From assembly GCA_035529595.1 (NCBI GenBank), contig DATKWK010000035.1:241067-305066 (forward strand): 64,000 nucleotides of DNA, given 5' to 3'. The notes beneath the pieces were generated by a model. The model made no database searches and had not been told where the DNA came from. It saw only the letters and a list, made by a program, of their open reading frames with translations. Positions within the stretch are counted from its first letter, which is position 1. Each line of letters starts with the position of its first letter. Positions 27,449-37,965 of the stretch are shown here, one piece after another. The DNA comes from Candidatus Bathyarchaeia archaeon (GTDB lineage: Bacteria; Patescibacteriota; Microgenomatia; PFEM01; JAFGMK01). Both the position numbers and the translations under genes were made by a program.

Positions 27449-29158
27449 TTATAATTTGCAAGATAATCCAAGACTATTCGGAAAAAGATCAATTACTTCC
27501 CCTTGATTAAGTTTTGACATATCGACACTATAGAGGTTTCTATCTGGAGCCTCTAAAATAATTTTGGGCTCATCTAACTTAGCAAAGTTGAATAATGATC
27601 TACTGCAATATGTCCATGCTATCTTTCCTGTGTTTGGACTAATAGCATAGATCAGTTCCTCGTATGGTATCAAAAGAATATCTTCCGAATTAACCGTTAT
27701 GATATTTTTTAACGATATTGTTGCTGAACTATGGCCTTCTTTCAATTCAATTTCCCAAACAATCTCATTAGTAGTTTTATCAACCGCGTAGACTTTGGAA
27801 AAATCCTTTTTTAAAATTAAATTCTTATATATTGGGTCAGTATTCCCGGTTGGCCACGATTCGTTGATTACTTTATCTTCAATCTTAAAACCATTGGTCC
27901 CATTAATGAGAAGCGATCTAACAAATTTACCATCTTTGGAAACTAATAGTTTTATATTACCGTCAACCAAACTGTAAGCTGGATAAAACATAGAATCAGT
28001 AAAACGCCATTGTTCTTTTCCATCAAGTAGGCTGATCGCCACTAACTTAATATTTTCATTTACACCAGCATTGGTAATCAAAGTTTGATTCGCATCAAAC
28101 AAAATAATATCTCTATCCCCATATTCGACAGGGTAAAACCAGACTTGTTTATTTGCAAAGAGATCTTTTCCGTAAAGACCTTCACCTTGTACTTTGACAA
28201 TCAAAACATCCTTATAATACAGGAAATTCTCGATTTCGTTTCTTTCTTGATTTTCAAATATTTTAGAAAAAGCCTGATGATCTCTTGCTCGTAATTCTTT
28301 TGGTAAATTATAAAAAGCCAAACTACAAATCTGTGAATTTTTACCGTTTATTACTGTACTAGACGCGATCGTACCCTCTCGCTGTCGGCATTGATCGAAT
28401 AGGTCACTATTACTCACTGAATTGTAACTAATTGTACATCTGGGAATCATTATTAATCCTATGCTCTGCCCATAATAATCTTTCGGCTGGAATGAACTTG
28501 AAATAACTTCTCCGTGAGATGATTCGCACTCACCGAAATTAGTTGCGACGGCATAATTACTTGAGAGCGGCTTATCATAAACAATAAAGCACCCCTCACT
28601 ATCGCTTTTCCCACCTTGAGATAAACATTGAGATACTAATAATTCTTCATCATTATTACTGTAAAAAGAGCCAATTTCTATTCTGATGAAACATTTATCA
28701 GGGAAATTGACCGTATCTCTTCCACCCAACGCATCACAAGAAGAAAAATCAGACGGGAAAGAGGCATCGGCATTACGATATGAAATATTACAGAAAGACT
28801 CTGACCCTCCAGGGTCGACATGTATGACTCCTGTTTTCCCATATTTCTTGCATTCTTCATACCATTTGTTTTGCTCATCAATATAAAGTTCACAAATAAG
28901 CTTATTACTTTCTAAACGAGGAATGTTTTTTTGAGTCATACACTCGCTGTAGGAAGAAGGTAAACTATTTAACCGAGCTAACTCTTTCGGTAATCCTGAT
29001 CTAATAAATGCTACCAGTAGCATGAGCAAGAATACCAAAATCCCGAAAACAATAAACTTCAATTTTGGTTTTTTCGATAGAGCCTTTGGAGAAACTAAAA
29101 TTTTACTAGACTGAGGTAAAATTGGAATAGACGGTTTTATTGTCTTAGATAGTTCCAT
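27449..29158 (-). CDS. Membrane-anchored protein with repeated Cys-rich modules and PQQ-like beta-propeller
   Basis: TM; repeats PSSYSEC, PSDFSSC, TNFGEC; A.s..dGk..W repeats. Confidence 0.7.
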   Translation of the reverse strand: MELSKTIKPSIPILPQSSKILVSPKALSKKPKLKFIVFGILVFLLMLLVAFIRSGLPKELARLNSLPSSYSECMTQKNIPRLESNKLICELYIDEQNKWYEECKKYGKTGVIHVDPGGSESFCNISYRNADASFPSDFSSCDALGGRDTVNFPDKCFIRIEIGSFYSNNDEELLVSQCLSQGGKSDSEGCFIVYDKPLSSNYAVATNFGECESSHGEVISSSFQPKDYYGQSIGLIMIPRCTISYNSVSNSDLFDQCRQREGTIASSTVINGKNSQICSLAFYNLPKELRARDHQAFSKIFENQERNEIENFLYYKDVLIVKVQGEGLYGKDLFANKQVWFYPVEYGDRDIILFDANQTLITNAGVNENIKLVAISLLDGKEQWRFTDSMFYPAYSLVDGNIKLLVSKDGKFVRSLLINGTNGFKIEDKVINESWPTGNTDPIYKNLILKKDFSKVYAVDKTTNEIVWEIELKEGHSSATISLKNIITVNSEDILLIPYEELIYAISPNTGKIAWTYCSRSLFNFAKLDEPKIILEAPDRNLYSVDMSKLNQGEVIDLFPNSLGLSCKL

Positions 29159-29204
29159 CTAAATAGGTAGTAGATATTTGTGGGATAAAAGTCAAAAAAT
29201 GTTA

Positions 29205-29966
29205 TCAACGTAAGTTACCACATCGATCCAGTCTCTTTGTTCCTATTATGATAAATGTCGGAATATAGTGTGAATCTTGCAGTTCTTTTGAATAATCATG
29301 GGCAAATCCATCGCCTTTTGGTTCCTCTATGCGAAATGTAAGTAAACCATATTTTGACATTGTATTGACCAATTCATGCAAGGGTTGGTTATACAGATGA
29401 AGTTTTGTCTTGTTATCACACCAGCAAATACCTTCTCTACTTTCTTTTTTCAGATAACCGGTTACTTTTATAAAAAGCGTCTCTTTCTCATCAATTTTCC
29501 CTAACGTCCATTCTGAATAGGGATGGACAGGCCGGAATGGATGATTCGTTGAAAAAACGAATATCCCGTCTTTTTTTAATACTCGACTTATCCCCCTAAA
29601 GAGCTTATTGATGTCTTTTATGTAATGAATCACCATATTCATTACAACAACATCAAACATCCCTTTTTTGTATTTATCAAACTTGAGAGCATCATGAGCT
29701 GCGTAGGAAATATCTAAACCCTGGCTTCTTTCTTCTGCAATTTCAATTAATTTAGAAGAAATATCTGATGCATATACTTTTGCACCTTTTCTTGAAAGGT
29801 TTCGTGCTATATAGCCATTTCCGCATCCAAGATCATAAATTATTTTTCCTTTTGGATCTCCAATGATTGAATATATCAAAGGGTCTATTTGGGTTCGGTG
29901 ATAATAATCACCTTCATCAGGCATTGCATTTGAATATAACTCAGCGACATTATCATAATCGGCCAT
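29205..29966 (-). CDS. Class I SAM-dependent methyltransferase
   Basis: DLGCGNG, FDVVV, RVLKKDG.FVFS. Confidence 0.88.
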   Translation of the reverse strand: MADYDNVAELYSNAMPDEGDYYHRTQIDPLIYSIIGDPKGKIIYDLGCGNGYIARNLSRKGAKVYASDISSKLIEIAEERSQGLDISYAAHDALKFDKYKKGMFDVVVMNMVIHYIKDINKLFRGISRVLKKDGIFVFSTNHPFRPVHPYSEWTLGKIDEKETLFIKVTGYLKKESREGICWCDNKTKLHLYNQPLHELVNTMSKYGLLTFRIEEPKGDGFAHDYSKELQDSHYIPTFIIIGTKRLDRCGNLR

Positions 29967-30063
29967 ATTTTGTTATCCTCTCTGTGAGTAGTGATATTTT
30001 TCCATCATTCAATTACTTCGACTACACTCAGTACTTATAGTCCACTCAGGATCTCAATGTTAA

Positions 30064-32760
30064 TTATACTAGTTGTGGATAGTGACATTTTTTCCATTTC
30101 TTACCTGAGCCGCACCAACAGGGGTCGTTACGGCCGATTTTTTTCTTTCCCGAAATAACCGGTTTAACTGCCGAAGCAGAAGAAGCCGCTTGATTACTGA
30201 ATACGTCAATAGGCTGATCTGGCTTTTGTTGAATCGTCGTCTTACCCCGGCCTTCGATAATTTGCGCGCGAGACCGCGGCTGCTCCAGGGGCGTGATTTG
30301 AACCCGGAAAATCCGCCGGATTATTTCAACATCAATCATTTTCAAAAGTTGTTCAAAAGCTCCGTAGGCTTCTTTTTTATATTCAACCAAAGGATCCGCC
30401 TGAGCATAAGCCCGCAATCCGATACCCTCTCTTAAATCATCCATCGCATCCAAGTGATTTACCCAAAGCCTGTCAAGAGAAGAAAAAACCAGAATTCTTT
30501 CTATTTGTCTCATGTTAGTTTCGCCAAGCCGTTTCTCCCGCGCCTCATAAGCTGAACGCAAAGTTTTAGTCAACAGGTCAACCATCTCGGTGCCGCCTTT
30601 ATCCGCGAGCGCCTTCTTTAATTTCGCCTGAGACTCAGTCTCCAAAGGTAAAATTTCACAAAAGGCGTTGATAATCTGATCAAGTTCAATCTTGTCAAAA
30701 CCCTCCGGAGCATACATCGCCACTAAATCGACCACTTCCTGCTTCATTTTCCCGAGGATTTCTTCTTTAGCGGATTCATTCGATTTATCTAAGGTTTTCC
30801 GGCGCCGCCCATAGATAATTTCCCTTTGTTTATTCATTACGTCGTCGTATTCGACAACTCTCTTTCGAGCATCAAAATGGAAGCTTTCGACTCTTATCTG
30901 AGCCTGTTCAATTGATTTACTGATCATCTTATGTTCAATCGGCTGGTCATCCGGCAGTTTTAAAGCCGTCATTATACGGGCAATTCTCTCACCCCCAAAA
31001 ATCCGCATCAAATCGTCGTCTAAAGCCACATAGAATCGCGAAGATCCCGGATCTCCCTGACGGCCAGAGCGTCCCCTGAGTTGATTATCGATCCGGCGCG
31101 ATTCATGTCGTTCGGTACCGATCACGTGGAGACCACCTGACTTAATAACCTCATCGTGGTCTGCCTGCCATTTTTTGAGTTCTTCCTCACCCGGATTTTC
31201 CGGCTTGGCTCCTCCCAAGACAATATCCACTCCCCGGCCGGCTAAGTTTGTCGCTACGGTAACGGCCCCTTTACGGCCGGCGTCAGCAATGATTAAAGCC
31301 TCTTTCTCGTGATTTTTGGCGTTCAAAACCTGATGAGGGACGCCTTTTTTATCCAGGAATTTATCAATCATTTGGTTTTTTTCAATCGAAGTCGTCCCAA
31401 CCAAGACCGGCTGGCCCTGCCGGTATTTTTCCTCGATTGACTCAACTACCGCCGCATATTTGATCGGCGTTGACTTATAGACCAGATCGGGGTAATTTTT
31501 GCGAATCATCGGCAAATTAGTAGGAATTACCAGAGTCGCCAAGCCGTAAATTTTTTCAAACTCTTCGGCTTCCGTAGCTGCGGTTCCCGTCATACCGGCT
31601 AATTTTGAATACATCCGAAAGTAGTTCTGAAAGGAAACCGTTGCCATTGTTTTTGACTCTTGTTCAATCTTTACTCCCTCTTTTGCCTCTACCGCTTGAT
31701 GCAATCCGTCGCTCCATCGCCGACCAAACATCAACCGGCCGGTAAACTCATCGACGATAATTACCTGCCCGTCTTTAACAACATAATCCCGATCTCTTTT
31801 ATAAAGAGTACGGGCTTTTAAACCATTTTCTACATGATGAATCGTATCAAAATCTTTTTCGTAAAGGTTATCGATTCCCAATCTTTTTTCGACCTTGCGA
31901 AGACCATGCTCGGTCAAACTGGCGGTCTTAAATTTTTCGTCAATCAGATAATCGGTATCAGGAGAAAGGCTAGAAATCAGACGGGCCGCCTGGTAGTATT
32001 TATCAGTCGGTTCCGTATCGGGAGCAGAGATAATCAAGGGAGTCCGTGCTTCATCAATTAAGACAAAGTCTACCTCATCAATAATGGCATAGTGGTGTCC
32101 CCTTTGGGCCATTTGGCCAAGAGAGTAAACCATATTATCCCGAAGATAATCAAAGCCAAACTCATTATTAGTACCATAAGTCACGTCAGCATTATAGGCT
32201 GCTTGTCTTTCCGTTGGCCGGAGATATCTTAACCGCTCGTCAATTTGGTCCTTTTGCGAGTAATCAAGATCAAGTAAAAAAGACTGTTCGTGAATAATAC
32301 AGCCAATTGACAGTCCTAAAAAACGAAGCGCTTTACCATACCAACCGGTATCCCGTCTGGCAAGATAATCATTAACGGTTACAATATGGACGCCTTTCCC
32401 AAGCAAGGCGTTTAAATAAGCAGCAATTGCGGCTGAAAGTGTTTTTCCTTCTCCGGTTTTTTGTTCGGCGATTTTCCCCTGGTGAAGGCAGGTTGCTACC
32501 ATTAACTGGACATCGAAAGCACGCTCGCCGACTACCCGCCTGATTGCTTCACGAGCATAAGCAAAAGCTTCCGGAAGCAAGTCATCCAGAGATTCACCTT
32601 CGGAAAGCCGCTGCCGAAAAGCCGCCGTCTGTGCCGGAAATTCATCATCTTTTAAAGAAGAAACCTCTTTTTCTAAAGAGTTAATCTTGGCAACAATTGG
32701 CTCAAAGCCGCGCAGTTGGCGGGTATTCTGATCAAGAAGCTTTGAAAAAAAACTAATCAT
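30064..32760 (-). CDS. secA: Preprotein translocase ATPase SecA
   Basis: KTGEGKT, VTVNDYLA, GTERHESRRIDNQLRGRSGRQGDPG, C-terminal SEC-C motif. Confidence 0.98.
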   Translation of the reverse strand: MISFFSKLLDQNTRQLRGFEPIVAKINSLEKEVSSLKDDEFPAQTAAFRQRLSEGESLDDLLPEAFAYAREAIRRVVGERAFDVQLMVATCLHQGKIAEQKTGEGKTLSAAIAAYLNALLGKGVHIVTVNDYLARRDTGWYGKALRFLGLSIGCIIHEQSFLLDLDYSQKDQIDERLRYLRPTERQAAYNADVTYGTNNEFGFDYLRDNMVYSLGQMAQRGHHYAIIDEVDFVLIDEARTPLIISAPDTEPTDKYYQAARLISSLSPDTDYLIDEKFKTASLTEHGLRKVEKRLGIDNLYEKDFDTIHHVENGLKARTLYKRDRDYVVKDGQVIIVDEFTGRLMFGRRWSDGLHQAVEAKEGVKIEQESKTMATVSFQNYFRMYSKLAGMTGTAATEAEEFEKIYGLATLVIPTNLPMIRKNYPDLVYKSTPIKYAAVVESIEEKYRQGQPVLVGTTSIEKNQMIDKFLDKKGVPHQVLNAKNHEKEALIIADAGRKGAVTVATNLAGRGVDIVLGGAKPENPGEEELKKWQADHDEVIKSGGLHVIGTERHESRRIDNQLRGRSGRQGDPGSSRFYVALDDDLMRIFGGERIARIMTALKLPDDQPIEHKMISKSIEQAQIRVESFHFDARKRVVEYDDVMNKQREIIYGRRRKTLDKSNESAKEEILGKMKQEVVDLVAMYAPEGFDKIELDQIINAFCEILPLETESQAKLKKALADKGGTEMVDLLTKTLRSAYEAREKRLGETNMRQIERILVFSSLDRLWVNHLDAMDDLREGIGLRAYAQADPLVEYKKEAYGAFEQLLKMIDVEIIRRIFRVQITPLEQPRSRAQIIEGRGKTTIQQKPDQPIDVFSNQAASSASAVKPVISGKKKIGRNDPCWCGSGKKWKKCHYPQLV

Positions 32761-32853
32761 AGATAGATCTTTAATTATACCTAGTCGGAAAAGGTAAAAC
32801 CAGATTCTTTTTTATTATTTGATGTCCAAGAAGATACCAGTCTGTAATAACAG

Positions 32854-33498
32854 TTATTGGTAATTAAAGATCAACTGGTTGCTGCCGACATGAAGCGTTT
32901 TGATTCTGGGAAAAATTCTCTTAAGAGTGGCTACAAATTGATCGACGGTTTTTTTCCCGGCTTCGTCAAGCAAATGATTAAAAACAAGCACCCCGCGCGG
33001 CGTCAGTAATCTTTTAAGTTGAAAAATAAAATCTTCTCTCTCGGCAAAACCCGGTAATTCTTTGCCAAGATAAATATCAACGATTACCAAGTCAAAGTTA
33101 CTGTCTTCGATGCCTTCTTTCCTTTCATTAATCACCTCAAAGGCGTCATTGGTCGCAATCTTTAATCCGGGAAGATTATCCAAGCCAAAATAGGTCCTGG
33201 CGATGACTACTACATGAGAATCGATTTCCACGGCTAAAATCTTTGCCTTGGGCCACCTTTTTTTAAGCAGACGAATAACCGAACCACCGCCTAAGCCAAG
33301 AAGAAGCACATTCGGAACCGGCTCAAACTCAGGAAGAGCTTTGACTCCTTTGTTCCAAATTTCCCGGACAATACCGCCTGATTGCGGAATACCTTGGACA
33401 TAGAGAACATGCCGCCCAAGCTGTTCCTTGACGATAATTTCCCCACTAACCGGAGATATTAGTCGATGAACTACCCTGGCAATTAGGGAGAAACTCAT
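32854..33498 (-). CDS. Spermidine-synthase-like SAM-dependent transferase
   Basis: VLLLGLGGG, VEID, DA, DL.IVD. Confidence 0.8.
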   Translation of the reverse strand: MSFSLIARVVHRLISPVSGEIIVKEQLGRHVLYVQGIPQSGGIVREIWNKGVKALPEFEPVPNVLLLGLGGGSVIRLLKKRWPKAKILAVEIDSHVVVIARTYFGLDNLPGLKIATNDAFEVINERKEGIEDSNFDLVIVDIYLGKELPGFAEREDFIFQLKRLLTPRGVLVFNHLLDEAGKKTVDQFVATLKRIFPRIKTLHVGSNQLIFNYQ

Positions 33499-33501
33499 GC
33501 C

Positions 33502-35328
33502 TTATTGATAATATTTTGCTTGTATCATAAACAGCTTAGCATATTTCCCTTTTAATTTCATCAGTTGTTCATGAGAACCCGCTTCAATGAACCGGCCTTT
33601 TTCCATAACATAAATTTTATCTGCCCGCCTGACAGTAGAAAACCGGTGGGAGATAAGAATTAGAATTCGTTTTTCACCGGTCAATTTCTGGATTTCACCA
33701 AAAATCTTTTCTTCAGCTTGCGGATCAACATTGGAAGTCGGTTCATCTAAAATAATTATCGAAGCCTGTTTCATCAAGGCCCTCGCCAGACCGATTCTCT
33801 GCCATTGACCGGCTGACAGCTCAATCCCCTTCTCAAAGTCACGAACTAACGGATTCTCGTATTTAAGCGGCAGGGAAGAAATAAACTGGTGAATGTCAGT
33901 CTTTTTCGCCCATTCAGCGATCTCCTTCAGATCATTTACTTTATTGATATTGCCAAAGCCGATGGATTCCCGGGCGGTATAAGGAAAATGCTGGAAGTCC
34001 TGAAAAAGAACTGATATTCGCTGGTAAAGACTTTCCTTAGTCAGAGCGGCAATATTGACTCCGTCAAGATAAATATGGCCTTTATTGGACTGGTAAAAAT
34101 GACATATTAGCTTGACCAAGGTCGTTTTACCGGCACCATTTTCACCCACAATAGCAATACTCTCCCCAGGCTTGATCTTTAAATCTATACCCTGAATCGT
34201 CCACGGAGCCGTCTTTTGGTATTTAAAGTAAAGATTTTCAACATTAATTCCTTCTCTAAGTTCCCCTCTGATCTCTTCTTTCCCAAAGGATAGTTTAGGT
34301 TTAAGATTGAGAAACCAGGTTAAATCGCGGACATAAAGATAGTTTTCATAAAACTCAAGAACACTTCTGACTAATTCAGACATACTGGATTGAAACGAGG
34401 TAGTTGCCCGGATATACATCTCGACGCTACCGACGCTGATTTTTTCTATTATTGCCAGAATGACTAAATAAAAGTTAAAGCCAAAAAGAAAAATCGCCAG
34501 AGGAAAACTTGACCAAATTCGCAAAGATTGTCTCTTTCTCCTGATACTAATCCAAGAGTCTAAGACTTGATTTTGGATTTCTCTTAATCTCCCTGTCAGA
34601 TAGTCGGTAATATTTAAAAGCTTAACCTCAAAAAAATTTCTCGCCCTGGTCAGTTGGTTACTAATCCAACCCCAAAGTCGTTGTTTTGGCGAAGACCAGC
34701 TGACAAAATCATATTCTTCTTTAATGAACCTGGCATCAACCAAGAACTGGGGCAGTGAAAGAAAAAAGATCAATAAAGCCACCCAGGGTTTGAAAAAAAC
34801 TAATAGGGAAAAGGCGGAAATCAAACTGCTGAAATTACCCATGATGCCTCCTAGGGGATAGATCAGAGCCCAGGCCCGGCGGGAGCTTTCTCTTTCGATC
34901 TTATCGAACTTATCCTTAAACTTGGAGGTTTCGATCGTTGCCATATCAAGCTCGGTCATCTTTAAACCGATCAGAAGTTCCAGGCGAGCGCTAAAGAGGC
35001 GGGAAAGACTGCTTTCCAGAAACCACAAAATCCGATGGATCGAGCTCTGGAAGAACTGCAAACCCACTCTTAGAGCAACCAAGAGTAATAAGCTGCTGAT
35101 TACTTGCTGCCAAAAGGGATTGCCGATATTCTTGACTACCGCATCAATGATATTCTTTTCAATGATAAAAACCGGTAGAGTGCTTATCCCTAAGAGGAAA
35201 TTGAGAATAAATAGAACCAGAAGATATTTTTTATTTATCTGCCAGACAATTTTACTTACTTTTTTGAAAACAAAAAAAGTCTGCGAAATCCGGGAAGTCA
35301 AAAAATGCCAATAAGTTATAAACTTCAT
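33502..35328 (-). CDS. ABC transporter, fused TMD-NBD exporter
   Basis: GENGAGKT, LSAGQWQR, LDEPT, ISHRFSTV. Confidence 0.9.
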   Translation of the reverse strand: MKFITYWHFLTSRISQTFFVFKKVSKIVWQINKKYLLVLFILNFLLGISTLPVFIIEKNIIDAVVKNIGNPFWQQVISSLLLLVALRVGLQFFQSSIHRILWFLESSLSRLFSARLELLIGLKMTELDMATIETSKFKDKFDKIERESSRRAWALIYPLGGIMGNFSSLISAFSLLVFFKPWVALLIFFLSLPQFLVDARFIKEEYDFVSWSSPKQRLWGWISNQLTRARNFFEVKLLNITDYLTGRLREIQNQVLDSWISIRRKRQSLRIWSSFPLAIFLFGFNFYLVILAIIEKISVGSVEMYIRATTSFQSSMSELVRSVLEFYENYLYVRDLTWFLNLKPKLSFGKEEIRGELREGINVENLYFKYQKTAPWTIQGIDLKIKPGESIAIVGENGAGKTTLVKLICHFYQSNKGHIYLDGVNIAALTKESLYQRISVLFQDFQHFPYTARESIGFGNINKVNDLKEIAEWAKKTDIHQFISSLPLKYENPLVRDFEKGIELSAGQWQRIGLARALMKQASIIILDEPTSNVDPQAEEKIFGEIQKLTGEKRILILISHRFSTVRRADKIYVMEKGRFIEAGSHEQLMKLKGKYAKLFMIQAKYYQ

Positions 35329-35355
35329 TGAAAAAGTAATTACGGCCTGTTATCC

Positions 35356-36705
35356 CTACCGGTTCGGAAGAATTACTTTCTTTCCCGTATATTTTTGAAG
35401 AACCTTAGGAATTGCCACTGAACCGTCTTTTTGCTGATAATTTTCTAAAATCGCCAGTAAAATTCTGGTTGCCACACCGGTATCATTGACTGTATGGCAA
35501 AATTTTTTTGTTCCATCTTTATCTTTATATTTAACATTCATTCTCCGAGCCTGATAATCAGTCGCGTTAGTATCGGTACCTTCTTCAATAAACTCTTGAG
35601 AGGCAGGAAGCCAGGCCTCAAAATCACATTGTTTATAGGAAGCATGGTAACCCATATCGGCCGTTGATTTTAACCACAACCGGTAAGGTAATTCCAAAGA
35701 CTGCAGCAACCATTCGTTAATCCCCAACAAATAATCAAACACTTCCTCAGACTGGTCCGAACGGCACACCACATCCATCTCTACCTTATCAAATTGATGG
35801 TTGCGTTTGATACCGCGGACATCCTTACCCCAAGAACCAACTTCACTGCGAAAACAGCTGGTTTGCGCAAAGACTTTTGCTGGCAGCTCGCCATACTTTA
35901 AAATCTTTCCGCCAAAGTAAGCAAAGAGAGAAGGTTCAGAAGAACCGATCAGGTTAAGTGTTTCTTTCTCTTCAACATTCTCATTGCTGATCCGGTAAAC
36001 TTGGTCCCGCCCTTGAGGAAAATGGCTTGTGCCATAGAGTGGCCAATCTTTTACTAAAAGAGGCACCACCATTGGAGTGAAATTTTCCTTTACCAACTTA
36101 GACTTTAGAAAATCAAAAATAGCATAAAGCAGAATAACAACTTCCCCTTTCAAATATGTAAAGCGGCTACCGGAAACCAGAGCTGCTTGTTTCATATCTA
36201 TTCCTAAAGAATCTCCAAGTAAGTAGTATGGTTTAGGTTTAAAATCTTTTTGAATCGCATGAGGAGGTTTATCAGGCATATATTTCTTTGATATCCAACC
36301 GGTACCCAGCTTGTTTTTTGGCAAATAACCCTCAATGGGAATCCAAGCCTTAATTTCCAGGTTATCTGCTTCACCTTTACCAAGCGGCGTGTCTTCTGAC
36401 GGCAAATTGGGAATTTCATAAAGCAGATTTTTTGACTCTTCTTCCACCGCTTTTAAGTCCGGCTCCAGCCGCCGAAGCATCTCTTTTATCCTTTTTCCTT
36501 CGGTCGCCGAAGCCTTACTAAAGCCGATTTTACTTTTGGTTAACTTATTCCTCTCCTCGCGCCACTTTTGAACCTCAGCAATTAATTGCCGCCGGGTTTC
36601 ATCAACTCTCAAAAACCGATCTACGACCGTAATATCGCAGCCCCTACTTTTAACTGCCTTTTTTACCTTCTCCGGATTATCGCGAATGAACTGAATATCA
36701 AGCAT
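35356..36705 (-). CDS. serS: Serine--tRNA ligase
   Basis: MLDIQFIRDNP, IPNLP, CFRSEVGS.GKD.RGI.R.HQF.KVE, ENYQQKDG. Confidence 0.95.
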   Translation of the reverse strand: MLDIQFIRDNPEKVKKAVKSRGCDITVVDRFLRVDETRRQLIAEVQKWREERNKLTKSKIGFSKASATEGKRIKEMLRRLEPDLKAVEEESKNLLYEIPNLPSEDTPLGKGEADNLEIKAWIPIEGYLPKNKLGTGWISKKYMPDKPPHAIQKDFKPKPYYLLGDSLGIDMKQAALVSGSRFTYLKGEVVILLYAIFDFLKSKLVKENFTPMVVPLLVKDWPLYGTSHFPQGRDQVYRISNENVEEKETLNLIGSSEPSLFAYFGGKILKYGELPAKVFAQTSCFRSEVGSWGKDVRGIKRNHQFDKVEMDVVCRSDQSEEVFDYLLGINEWLLQSLELPYRLWLKSTADMGYHASYKQCDFEAWLPASQEFIEEGTDTNATDYQARRMNVKYKDKDGTKKFCHTVNDTGVATRILLAILENYQQKDGSVAIPKVLQKYTGKKVILPNR

Positions 36706-36814
36706 CTTAAACTCCTTAAATTCAACCTTTGAATGGATTTTTCTCAAATGTCAAAAAGGAAAGCCTGTTTAGCGACTGCTTACGGCATAAATTAGCTGAT
36801 TTAATCTTTACCTG

Positions 36815-37345
36815 TTATTGTTTGTCCTCAAGGCACTGGGCTTCGCATTCAGACAGCTTAATTCCATCGTTTGTATATTTCTTTACACAACTCTCAATGC
36901 AGTTCTTACACAAATCAAATTCTTTACTTTTGACTAACTGGCATTTGCCGTCAATTATTTGGCAACTAGCGTAATAACGACAACTATCTCCCATAGCATG
37001 CATCATAGTACAATAGGTAGGAACATTGGGACCGCAAGTAATCTCAAGGCCATGACAATTCTCCATCGCACACTTAACACCAGGATCTCTAGGTCTAGTT
37101 ACGCTTACTCCCTCTGTAATTGTACTGCCGTCAGGCATCCGGCATTGGCGCGGGTAAGATTCTAAAACTGGGTTACCAGCTTTGACACATTCTTCAAAGT
37201 TTTTTATTTTAGCTACCGGTACTGTCGGCTTTATTCCCTCACCGGTTTGTATACTGCCTTTTTTCGCTATCCAAAAAACTCCTGTTGCCACTAACAATCC
37301 TACTAAAATACCAACTATTAAATAAGTGATCTCATTTTTTTTCAT
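36815..37345 (-). CDS. Membrane-anchored Cys-rich protein
   Basis: TM; NFEECVKAGNPVLESYPRQC module; Cys-rich C-terminus. Confidence 0.7.
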   Translation of the reverse strand: MKKNEITYLIVGILVGLLVATGVFWIAKKGSIQTGEGIKPTVPVAKIKNFEECVKAGNPVLESYPRQCRMPDGSTITEGVSVTRPRDPGVKCAMENCHGLEITCGPNVPTYCTMMHAMGDSCRYYASCQIIDGKCQLVKSKEFDLCKNCIESCVKKYTNDGIKLSECEAQCLEDKQ

Positions 37346-37377
37346 TGTTCTCACTCCTTTTAATCTGGCCAAACAAT

Positions 37378-37953
37378 TCAAAGTCCTAAAGTTTCTGAGA
37401 TTCCCTGCATTGCTACCAGGCCGATTTCCATGAATTCATTTAAAGGAATAGCCAGTTTTTCTTCACAAAGTTTAATATCTTCCCGGCGTGTGCCCCGGGC
37501 AAACGACGGGTCTTTAAACTTTTTCAGAATCGAACTTACCTTGACTGAAGAGAGTTTTTTATCGGGGCGTACTAAAGCCGTAGCCACGATCAAACCGGTT
37601 AATGAGTCGCAAATAAACAAAGACCAGTCCATTAAATTCTTAGGTACCAAGTCCGGGTTTAAATTATAACAGTGGGCAAGAATCGTTTGGTAGACCGATT
37701 CCGGCAAATCAGTTTTCTCTTTTTTTAAAATCTCAACTGACATAATTCCATGTTTCCCATAATCTTTTCCTAAATCCTGTTCATAGTCAATATCGTGCAA
37801 TAAACCGGCTAAAGCCCATTCTTCTTCCTTGTCAGGCTCCAAACGCCGGGCTAAAGTCCGCATGACCGCCTCTGTTGCCAACAGATGTTTAACGGTATTT
37901 TCCGTTTTGATATATTTCCTTAATAAAACTAATGCCTGATCCCGTTTTATCAT
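37378..37953 (-). CDS. HDIG/HD-domain hydrolase
   Basis: KH.LA.EAVMR, GLLHDID, D.LTGLI.A.ALVRP. Confidence 0.85.
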   Translation of the reverse strand: MIKRDQALVLLRKYIKTENTVKHLLATEAVMRTLARRLEPDKEEEWALAGLLHDIDYEQDLGKDYGKHGIMSVEILKKEKTDLPESVYQTILAHCYNLNPDLVPKNLMDWSLFICDSLTGLIVATALVRPDKKLSSVKVSSILKKFKDPSFARGTRREDIKLCEEKLAIPLNEFMEIGLVAMQGISETLGL

Positions 37954-37965
37954 AAAAAATCCTCC

